64,000 nt of DNA, from positions 14,375 through 78,374 of the forward strand of contig CAWGOQ010000002.1 in the NCBI GenBank assembly GCA_963824295.1. Reading direction: 5' to 3'. The notes under the pieces were generated by a model. The model was not told the origin of the DNA, made no database searches, and saw nothing but the letters and a program-made list of their open reading frames with translations. Made by a program: the position numbers and the translations under genes. This document shows positions 9,862-17,100 of this stretch, piece after piece (position 1 is the stretch's first letter; the number at the start of each line of letters is the position of its first letter). Source of the DNA: an uncultured Solirubrobacterales bacterium. GTDB taxonomy: Bacteria; Actinomycetota; Thermoleophilia; Solirubrobacterales; Solirubrobacteraceae.

Positions 9862-11165
9862 GCGCCGATTAGCATGGCGCCCTGGGCCAGCCCGCGGAGA
9901 GCCTGAGCAGTAGATCCCCGGCGGCGCCCGAGCAGATCAACGATCAGCTGCTGGGCCTGCTGGTTGTAGCGGAGGACCTGCGGTCCGATGCGCTGGACGC
10001 GGACCAAGCGTGCGACCGCCTCGCTGTCCTGGCCTTGCCGAGCGTGCGCGATGGCAGCTTCGAGATGAACCTGGGAGCGACGCCCCACGAGGCCCGGCGC
10101 GAACCTGTCGGTGTTGATCTGATCGGCGATCTCCACAGCGCGGTCGGGCTGGTCGAGGCGCACTGCTGCAGCCAGCGCGTGGGTGCGCACGTTCGTAGGG
10201 CCGAAGCCGGTCCACGCGTGGTTGCAGTCCGCGCCAAGACGCTCGGCGAGGTGTGCGGCATCAGCGAGATACCGGCCCGAGGCCGCTGCATCGCTCTGAG
10301 CGGACGTGGCGATTGCTGCGATCAGCAGCAGGGCGCCCCGCACAGAGATCAGGGAAGGGTCTCGGTCGCTCACCGCAGCCAGATGGTCGGCACCGATGGC
10401 AGCAACCTGCTCGGCGTGGGACCGTTCGCCACCAGCCTCGAGGGCACAGGCCAGCTGGTAGGTGGCCGCCCCCTGTAAGACCGGAGAGGCGCTGTAGGTC
10501 GCCGCCGTGAGCGCCCGGTCGGCCGCGAGCCGAGCAGTGGCCGCGTCGTCGAACTTGGTCGCCAGCTTGGCGGCCAGCACGAAAGACCATCCCTGCGCCG
10601 CGAGAACCCGCTGCCGGCTTCGCTCGTCCTCGGCGAGCACCGCGCCCCCGGTCGTAGAGCCGATGAGCGCTGGGAGTCCGTCGGCAACGTGCTCGTACTC
10701 GCCTCGCTGATAGATGGCATGTGCCGAGGCGATGCGCTTCTCGAGCCCCGCCAGCGTGGGCGACTGGTCCGGAACCGGTCCTGAGAGCGCGAGCAGGTCG
10801 GACAGGCCGCGGGGGCCGCGGCCGTTAGCGATGAGCATTGCTGCCGCTGCCCCAGCGGCCGCCTCCTTCATGAAGTCGCGTCGTCTCACGGGCCAATCCA
10901 CCGGATCGACGTCGGCGGGGGCCAGCCCGACGAGGTGCGGGGGGATGTCCAGGTGACGGGACAGCCGATCGAGAATGCGTATGTCATGGACGCGGGCTCG
11001 GCCGTTCTCGATGCGTGAGATTTCCGACTGGCTGTAGCCGCAAGCGTCTCCCGTCTGGCGTTGAGTTGCACCTTTCGCGCGCCGAGCAAGGCGGATCACC
11101 GTGCCCGTGTCCCCCTTCCGGACAGCCGTGAGAACAGCCGGTGATTCCCACCACGCCTCGGTCAT
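9858..11165 (-). CDS. XRE-family HTH transcriptional regulator with long helical (TPR-like) C-terminal domain
   Basis: Likely start MTEAWWES at 11165, inside the longer track ORF. HTH GATQRQTGDACGYSQSEISRIENGRARVHDIRILDRLSRHLDIP, followed by about 330 aa that are Ala/Leu-rich and repeat-like. Confidence 0.8.
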   Translation of the reverse strand: MTEAWWESPAVLTAVRKGDTGTVIRLARRAKGATQRQTGDACGYSQSEISRIENGRARVHDIRILDRLSRHLDIPPHLVGLAPADVDPVDWPVRRRDFMKEAAAGAAAAMLIANGRGPRGLSDLLALSGPVPDQSPTLAGLEKRIASAHAIYQRGEYEHVADGLPALIGSTTGGAVLAEDERSRQRVLAAQGWSFVLAAKLATKFDDAATARLAADRALTAATYSASPVLQGAATYQLACALEAGGERSHAEQVAAIGADHLAAVSDRDPSLISVRGALLLIAAIATSAQSDAAASGRYLADAAHLAERLGADCNHAWTGFGPTNVRTHALAAAVRLDQPDRAVEIADQINTDRFAPGLVGRRSQVHLEAAIAHARQGQDSEAVARLVRVQRIGPQVLRYNQQAQQLIVDLLGRRRGSTAQALRGLAQGAMLIGA

Positions 11166-11277
11166 CGTCGGTTCGCCGCCCAAGGCTAACGGGCGGTTCG
11201 ACGGACGAACGGCTCGTATGCAGATTCCGCATACGTAATGCACGCCGCCCATAACGGCCGGTGGGCGATCATGAGAC

Positions 11278-11688
11278 GTGCTCAACTTGCGGGCCATGGG
11301 CTTGAGCGCGGCCGAGCTGCCATCCCATCCCGTCCAGCTCGATCCGAGACTGATCGCCGAGATCGCCGACCGACTCAGCGATGCCATCGTTGAACGCATC
11401 GTCGAGGCCATCAGAGCCGAGGGGATCATTCCGCAGGGCCGTACGTCAGCGCCCTGGTTGGACGCGAAGGCGGTAGCGGAGCTGCGCGATGTCGAGCGCG
11501 ACTGGGTGTATGAGCACGCGGACGAGCTAGGCGCGTCGAGGATCGGAAGCGGGACGCGGCCCCGGCTTCGTTTCCCGCCAGACGTTATGGAACGTCAGAG
11601 GGGCCATCGGCCATCCCCTAAACCAGCCGCCCAACCTGCCAAACGGCGCCCCAAGCCCAGCGACCTGATCCCGATCCGAGCCTCATGA
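11278..11688 (+). CDS. Excisionase-like helix-turn-helix DNA-binding protein
   Basis: WLDAKAVAELRDVERDWVYEHADELGASRIGSGTRPRLRF is the typical actinobacterial Xis/MerR-like HTH. It lies immediately upstream of and co-directional with the integrase. The true start may be the ATG at 11296. Confidence 0.65.
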   Translation: MLNLRAMGLSAAELPSHPVQLDPRLIAEIADRLSDAIVERIVEAIRAEGIIPQGRTSAPWLDAKAVAELRDVERDWVYEHADELGASRIGSGTRPRLRFPPDVMERQRGHRPSPKPAAQPAKRRPKPSDLIPIRAS

Positions 11689-11731
11689 CCGAGCGTAGAG
11701 TCGTGCCGTCCAACACCCCACGGAGGCACCC

Positions 11732-13267
11732 ATGACGGCACAGAACCGGAGGGCCCTCGCGGATCGCCGCGGACCAGAGGCCGTAGGCTCGATCGTCAAG
11801 CGCTATCGCAAGCGCGATCGGCAGTACACATACGGCTTGCGGATCCGCGCCTACGGAGGGCGCCATTGGGTCCCGCTCGGCACCGAGCGCGAAGGCTGGA
11901 ACGACGTGCGCGCAGCCGACCGCCGCGACGAGATCGCCGACCTGGTCCGCCGCGGCGCGTGGCGACCGCCGAACACGTTCGAGCTCGATCCGCGAGAGAA
12001 GGATCCCGGCTTTCACGAGTTCGCGAGCGATTGGCTCAAGCGCTACCGACGAACGGTGGATGAGTCCACCGCCGACACCGCCGAGTACATGCTCAGCTAC
12101 CACCTGCTGCCGTTCCTCCGCACCTACCGCCTGAGCGAGATCGACTACGCGGTGCTGTCGGCCTACGTCGCGCACAAGCTCGAGCGCAACGAGGAGATCG
12201 AAGCGGCGCGCGAAGCCGGCGTCACGCTCCGAGACGGAGCGGGTCGTCCGCGGCGGCCGCTCAGCGCGCGAACGATCAACATGACCCTGGACCTCACCGC
12301 CCGGATCTTCAAGGACGCCGTGAAGCGCAGCTTGCTCCAGGGCAACGTCGCAAGCGACCGCGAGCTCCGCCTGAAGGTGACGCAGCGAAAAGGGAACTTC
12401 CTCGAGGCGGACGAGCTGCTGTCGCTGATCGATGCCGCGTCCGGGATTGACGAGCCGGTCTCGAAGGAGACGCTCGCGCGCGCCGAACTCGCGCGCCGGA
12501 TGCGCCGTGACGACAGGACCTGGAAGGAGATCGCCGCAGAGCTCGGCATCGCCCAGACCACCGCGATCTGGCTCGCCGGACGCTACCGACGGGAAGGACA
12601 CGCCAGCGTGCGCCGCGCGATCCTCGCGACGCTCGGCTGCGCCGGGCTCCGCAACAGCGAGGTGTGCGAGATGACCCTGGGCGATCTGGACTTCGCTCAC
12701 GCCGTGATCCACGTCCGCGATGCGAAGACCGAAGCCGGCGTCCGCCAGGTCAACATGACGCCTTGGCTACACGACGAGCTGCTGGCCTACCGTGCCAGCA
12801 GACCCGACGCAGCGCTCGACGAGCCCGCCTTCCCTACTCGAGGCGGCGCTCGTCGCGACGGGCGCAACATCAACCGCAAGGTAATCGCTCCGGCGGTGCG
12901 CGCCGCCAATGCGCTTCGTGCCGAGCGCCGGCAGCCGCCGCTGCCCGGATCGATCACCGCGCACACGTTCCGCCGCACGTTCATCACGCTGATGCTCGAA
13001 GCCGGCGCGCCCGTCCCGTACGTCCAGGCTCAGGTCGGACACGAGGACCCGACAACCACACTCGCGATCTACGCGCAGGTCCTCAAGCGCCGCGACCGTC
13101 GGCGCCACGGTGAGGCGTTCGACGCGCTGATGGCCGACGCAGTTCCGTCAGCTACGTCGATCATCATTTCCAGCAATCCTGACCGACCGGAAGGGCTAGC
13201 CGTGCTCGATATGACCGCGGTTTCCGGCGGATCCGGTCACAGGAACGAGCTGAATCCGATTCTGTGA
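11732..13267 (+). CDS. Tyrosine recombinase / phage-type integrase
   Basis: 511 aa. Catalytic-domain motifs ..GCAGLRNSEVCEMTLGDLDF.., HTFRRTFITLMLEAGAPVPYVQAQVGHEDPTTTLAIYAQV (R..H-x-x-R..Y). Adjacent to the tRNA-Thr 3' end. Confidence 0.9.
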   Translation: MTAQNRRALADRRGPEAVGSIVKRYRKRDRQYTYGLRIRAYGGRHWVPLGTEREGWNDVRAADRRDEIADLVRRGAWRPPNTFELDPREKDPGFHEFASDWLKRYRRTVDESTADTAEYMLSYHLLPFLRTYRLSEIDYAVLSAYVAHKLERNEEIEAAREAGVTLRDGAGRPRRPLSARTINMTLDLTARIFKDAVKRSLLQGNVASDRELRLKVTQRKGNFLEADELLSLIDAASGIDEPVSKETLARAELARRMRRDDRTWKEIAAELGIAQTTAIWLAGRYRREGHASVRRAILATLGCAGLRNSEVCEMTLGDLDFAHAVIHVRDAKTEAGVRQVNMTPWLHDELLAYRASRPDAALDEPAFPTRGGARRDGRNINRKVIAPAVRAANALRAERRQPPLPGSITAHTFRRTFITLMLEAGAPVPYVQAQVGHEDPTTTLAIYAQVLKRRDRRRHGEAFDALMADAVPSATSIIISSNPDRPEGLAVLDMTAVSGGSGHRNELNPIL

Positions 13268-13334
13268 CCAGTTTGCACCAGGCACGCGCATGACGACCAT
13301 CACGAAAATCTGGCCATTTGCGGGGCTTTTCGCA

Positions 13335-13407
13335 AGCCGACGCGGGGACTCGAACCCCGGACCCCTTCATTACGAGTGAAGTGCTCTACCAGCTGAGCTA
13401 CGTCGGC
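13335..13407 (-). tRNA. tRNA-Thr (anticodon CGU)
   Basis: Minus strand GCCGACGTAGCTCAGCTGGTAGAGCACTTCACTCGTAATGAAGGGGTCCGGGGTTCGAGTCCCCGCGTCGGCT folds as a perfect cloverleaf: 7-bp acceptor, GCTC/GAGC D stem, CTTCA/TGAAG anticodon stem with loop CTCGTAA, CGGGG/CCCCG T stem with TTCGAGT loop. CCA is not encoded. Confidence 0.95.
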
Positions 13408-13477
13408 GTCGCGGCCAGTTTAACCCGGCTCAGCCGCTTCTCGGACCCCGCGCGGCCTCCGCGTGTCGCGCGGCGGA

Positions 13478-14092
13478 TCACGAATCGATCGGTATCCCCA
13501 GGCTCGCGGCCCTGGCCCGCCAGTCCTCGGCCAGGACGGCCCAACGCTCGTGGTCGCGCCACCGCCCGCCGATCTTGAGGTAGCGCGGCGAGAAGCCCTC
13601 ACGCGTGAAGCCGGCACCGCGGGCCAGGGCGATCGAGGCGTGATTGCCCGGCTGGATGTTGGCCTCGATCCGGTGCAGGTGGAGCGTGAGGAAAGCGTGG
13701 CGCAGGACGAGCTCGATCCCCTCGCACATGTATCCCTGATGCGCGTGGGGGCTGCCGACCGCGTAGCCCAGATAGGCGCCCTGGAGCGACCCACGGGTGA
13801 TGTGGGAGAGGTTGAAGAAGCCGAGGATCGCCCGATCCTCGCGCCGGCAGACGAGCATCGCCTCGAAGTCGGGCCGGCGCGAGTCGGCGAGGTAGGCGTC
13901 GAACGCCCCCTCATCGGTCGGGGCCGTCGCCCACGGTCGGTGGAAGGAGCGACTGGCGCGCATCAGCGAAATGAACTCGGCGCGGTCGGCGTACTCGGGC
14001 GTCCGCAGATACACGCGACCGGTCGTACGACCGTCGCCTGAACCCGCCGATGGGCCCGAGACGGTGGACGGTGCGCCGTCCTGACGTGTCAT
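13478..14092 (-). CDS. GNAT-family N-acetyltransferase (RimJ/RimL-like)
   Basis: The recognisable domain starts at MTRQDG (14092), with an ATGA overlap on the holB stop. ..ILGFFNLSHITRGSLQGAYLGYAVGSPHAHQGYMCEGIELVLRHAF..LHRIEANIQPGNHASIALARGAGFTREG. The longer 344-aa track ORF overlaps holB and is rejected. Confidence 0.8.
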   Translation of the reverse strand: MTRQDGAPSTVSGPSAGSGDGRTTGRVYLRTPEYADRAEFISLMRASRSFHRPWATAPTDEGAFDAYLADSRRPDFEAMLVCRREDRAILGFFNLSHITRGSLQGAYLGYAVGSPHAHQGYMCEGIELVLRHAFLTLHLHRIEANIQPGNHASIALARGAGFTREGFSPRYLKIGGRWRDHERWAVLAEDWRARAASLGIPIDS

Positions 14093-15201
14093 GCCGCGAG
14101 CAGCCGCTCCAAGCGATAGCCGAGCGATTCGCATGCAAGCTCCTCCGATACGTTCAGCTGGAAGCGCAGGCGCGTATCCTCGACGGCCTCGACGGCCGCG
14201 CGCAAGCGCTGTGGGTCTGTACCCGAGTCGGACTCGAGCGCCGTCAGTCGATCGACGTTCCGAACCAGATCCTCGGCTCCCCAGGACAGGGACGCGAGGT
14301 CCGCGTACCAGAGCGCCACCACCTGCAGAGCGAGGTCGAGCCCCGCGGTCTCGACCCGCCGGCGGGCGCGCCGGATCCGCTCGGTCCACTCGGTCTCGAT
14401 GCGCTTGCGCTCCTTGCGCGGATACAGCTCCATCTCCTCGAGCGCCCGCGCCTCGAGCTCCAGGCGCACAACCTCCCCCCGTGACCGAACAGCGGCCAGC
14501 ACCGCCGACCACGGCTTGCTGCGCCCCATCTCGCCCGCGGAGAAAGCCGCTCGCGCGAATCCCTCTGCCGCTGCCCGGAGTGCGTGCCCCTCAACGCCCG
14601 CAAGTTCCCGAGCGCGCTCGCCATCCCCTAAGGCGAGGCGGGCGCACGCGAGCGCGGTCTCCGAGTCCTCGCCGGACCGCACCAACTCCGCCGCCGTCTC
14701 GTCAACGGTCGGGGCGTTGAAGCGGACGAGCTGGCAGCGCGAGCGGATCGTGGGCAGCACCTCGGCCAGCCGGTCGGACAACAGAATCAAATGCACGAAA
14801 GACGCCGGCTCCTCGAGCGTCTTCAGCATCCGGTTGGCGGCCTCGTCGCCGAGCTCGTCCGCGCGCTCGATCACGAACACGCGGCACCCGGCCTCGAACG
14901 GCGTCCGGCTGGCCGCCGAGACGACCGGGCCGTCGATGTCGCCGACGAGGATCTCGTGGGCGCCGCTCGGGGCGACCCAGGTCAGATCGGGATGCGCCCC
15001 CGAGGCAACTCGGGCGCGGACGCCGGCCGGGTCGGGAGCCTCGGCCGACAGCAGCTCGGCGGCCATCGCGCGGGCGGCGGCGCGCTTGCCGGCGCCCCCG
15101 GGGCCGTAGAACAGATAGGCGTGCGATGCCCGCCCGCCGGGCGCGAGCGCCGGCTCGAGGACGGCGCGTGCGTGGGGGTGGCGCTCCAGCTCGGCGAGCA
15201 T
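14089..15201 (-). CDS. holB: DNA polymerase III subunit delta'
   Basis: HAYLFYGPGGAGKRAAARAMAAELL (Walker A-like), ..CRVFVIERADELGDEAANRMLKTLEEPASFVHLILLSDRLAEVLPTIRSRCQLVRF. The start at MLAELERHP (15201) is preferred over the TTG at 15243. Confidence 0.85.
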   Translation of the reverse strand: MLAELERHPHARAVLEPALAPGGRASHAYLFYGPGGAGKRAAARAMAAELLSAEAPDPAGVRARVASGAHPDLTWVAPSGAHEILVGDIDGPVVSAASRTPFEAGCRVFVIERADELGDEAANRMLKTLEEPASFVHLILLSDRLAEVLPTIRSRCQLVRFNAPTVDETAAELVRSGEDSETALACARLALGDGERARELAGVEGHALRAAAEGFARAAFSAGEMGRSKPWSAVLAAVRSRGEVVRLELEARALEEMELYPRKERKRIETEWTERIRRARRRVETAGLDLALQVVALWYADLASLSWGAEDLVRNVDRLTALESDSGTDPQRLRAAVEAVEDTRLRFQLNVSEELACESLGYRLERLLAA

Positions 15202-15242
15202 CCCCCGATCGTAGTGGCCGGTAGGGTCGGGGACCACGCACA

Positions 15243-15875
15243 ATGACGCGCGGGCGGCTGATCACGATCGAAGGCATCGACGGCGCGGGGAAGACGACGC
15301 TCGCGGCGGGACTGCTCGACGCCCTGACCGCCAGAGGCATCGACATCGGGCTGCTCCGCGAGCCGGGCGGCGTCGCCGCCGCCGAGCGGATTCGCGAGCT
15401 TGTCATCGACCCGGGCCTGCACGTCACCGCTCGTGCCGAGGCGCTGCTCTACGCCGCCGCGCGGGCCCAGCTCGTGGAGGAGGCGATCGAGCCGCAGCTG
15501 GCGGCGGGCAGGTGGCTGCTCCTCGACCGCTTCATCGACTCCTCGCTCGCCTACCAGGGCGGAGGCCGGCAGCTGGGGATCGACGCGGTCCGGGCGATCA
15601 ACGAGTTCGCGATCCGCACGGCCAGCCCTGACCGGACCCTGCTACTGATGATCGACCAGCACCTCGGGCGCAGCCGCTCGCGCACGCGCGCGGGAGCCCT
15701 CGACCGCCTCGAGCGTGAGCGCGACGACTTCTTCGAGCGAACCACCTCCGCATACCTCGAACTGGCGAGACAGGAGCCCGAGCGGATGCGCAAGATCGAC
15801 GCCTCCCAGCCGCCCGACCTCGTTCTGGCCGCGGCCCTCCACGAGCTCGCGGATCTGCTTCCCCCGCCGACCTAG
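15243..15875 (+). CDS. tmk: dTMP (thymidylate) kinase
   Basis: MTRGRLITIEGIDGAGKTTL (P-loop), LLREPGG, DRFIDSSLAYQG. Confidence 0.9.
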   Translation: MTRGRLITIEGIDGAGKTTLAAGLLDALTARGIDIGLLREPGGVAAAERIRELVIDPGLHVTARAEALLYAAARAQLVEEAIEPQLAAGRWLLLDRFIDSSLAYQGGGRQLGIDAVRAINEFAIRTASPDRTLLLMIDQHLGRSRSRTRAGALDRLERERDDFFERTTSAYLELARQEPERMRKIDASQPPDLVLAAALHELADLLPPPT

Positions 15876-16849
15876 TCGGCGTAACCCGTCGGGTGGGCCT
15901 GCGCGAACGACCAGGCGTCGCCCACCATCTCTTCGAGCCCCGGCTTGTGAGGCTCCCAGCCGAGCTCCGATCTGATCAGTTCTCCGGCCGCGACCAGATT
16001 CGGCGGATCGCCGGGCCGGCGCGGCGCCTCCTGCGCCGGAATGTCGATCCCCGTGACGGCCCGGGCCGCGGCGATCACCTCCCGGACCGAGAACCCGTTC
16101 CCGTTGCCGAGGTTGAAGATTCGGTGTTCGCCCTCGCGCGCGCCGGCGAGCGCGAGCAGATGCGCGGCGGCAAGATCGTCGATGTGGATGTAGTCGCGAA
16201 CCGCCGTGCCGTCCGGAGTCGGATAGTCGGTGCCGTACACCTGAACCGCGGGCGCATCGCCGAGCGCAACCCGCAGGATGTTCGGAATCAGGTGCGTCTC
16301 GGGATCATGGTCCTCGCCCAGCTCCCCGCTCGCACCGGCCACGTTGAAGTAGCGCAGACTCACCGCCCCGAGCCCGTGAGCGGTACAGAAGTCGCGGATC
16401 ATCAGGTCCACGGCGAGCTTCGACGCGCCGTAGGCGTTGATCGGGCGGGGCGTCGCCGTCTCGGGAATCGGGACCTCGTCGGGCTGTCCGTAGACCGCGC
16501 AGGTGGAGGAGAAGACGAGCCGGGGAACTCCCGCGCCGACCATCGCCTCGAGCAGGTTGAGCGTCCCGCCGACATTGACCCCGTAGTAGCGCTCCGGATG
16601 ACTGACCGACTCGCTCACTAGCGCCAGCGCCGCGAAGTGGAGCGCGCCGTCGAACCCGCCAGCGAGGACATCATCGACCGCCGGCTGGTCGCGGAGGTCG
16701 GCCAGCACGAACTCGGCGCCCGCCGGGATAGCCGCCCGGTGGCCCCGCTCGAGGTTGTCCAGGACCGTCACCAGATGGCCGTTGTCGAGCAGCTGCTTTG
16801 AGACGATCGAGCCGATGTAGCCGGCGCCGCCGGTCACGAGCAATTTCAT
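15872..16849 (-). CDS. galE: UDP-glucose 4-epimerase
   Basis: Start MKLLVTGGAGYIGS at 16849. ..FSSTCAVYGQPDEVPIPE.., YGASKLAVDLMI (YxxxK), RYFNVAGA. Tail-to-tail 4-bp overlap with tmk. Confidence 0.85.
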   Translation of the reverse strand: MKLLVTGGAGYIGSIVSKQLLDNGHLVTVLDNLERGHRAAIPAGAEFVLADLRDQPAVDDVLAGGFDGALHFAALALVSESVSHPERYYGVNVGGTLNLLEAMVGAGVPRLVFSSTCAVYGQPDEVPIPETATPRPINAYGASKLAVDLMIRDFCTAHGLGAVSLRYFNVAGASGELGEDHDPETHLIPNILRVALGDAPAVQVYGTDYPTPDGTAVRDYIHIDDLAAAHLLALAGAREGEHRIFNLGNGNGFSVREVIAAARAVTGIDIPAQEAPRRPGDPPNLVAAGELIRSELGWEPHKPGLEEMVGDAWSFAQAHPTGYAD

Positions 16850-17100
16850 CGCGGCCGCCTGGTTAGGGAATCCCTGCGCATTGCGCTGGACATATAACAG
16901 AAGGGCCTTGAGCACCCCGAAATGGCGGCCCACCCACCCCGCCCGCCCGAGTCGGCGGAGTAAAATTGGAACTCCGGGGATCGGGCCGCCGCCATGTCTT
17001 TCCGTCCGGGGCGTCCGCTTTCATTCGCTGCCCGCTGCGCTGACCGAAAGTCGCGCGTGAGCAGGGGAAATTGCGGAAAAACGAGAGGAGCAGCACCTGT

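Larger units (their letters stand above)
3540..13334. mobile_element. Putative tRNA-Thr-associated integrative island (int/xis proximal, IS-rich distal part); left boundary not resolved
   Basis: The integrase gene ends 68 bp from the 3' end of tRNA-Thr. Excisionase-like HTH, XRE regulator, four IS-derived segments and unassignable non-coding DNA fill the span back to the decayed oxidoreductase. I found no direct repeat of the tRNA 3' end. Confidence 0.45.

Noticed and set aside
11618-12712. 364-aa minus-strand ORF overlapping the integrase
   Set aside because: Antisense to a gene with clear tyrosine-recombinase motifs. No recognisable domains.
14093-14512. N-terminal extension of the GNAT ORF (track ORF 13478..14512)
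   Set aside because: The extension overlaps the 3' end of holB and is Gly/Arg-rich. GNAT homology begins only at MTRQDG (14092), which is ATGA-coupled to the holB stop.
16850-17100. Possible cobalamin riboswitch upstream of nrdJ (GGTTAGGGAA.. and ..GAGTCGGCGGAG.. vaguely recall the AGGGAA and B12-box elements)
   Set aside because: The conserved GGTG..AATCC, GCCACTG and full B12-box elements are absent. B12 repression of an AdoCbl-dependent RNR also makes no regulatory sense.
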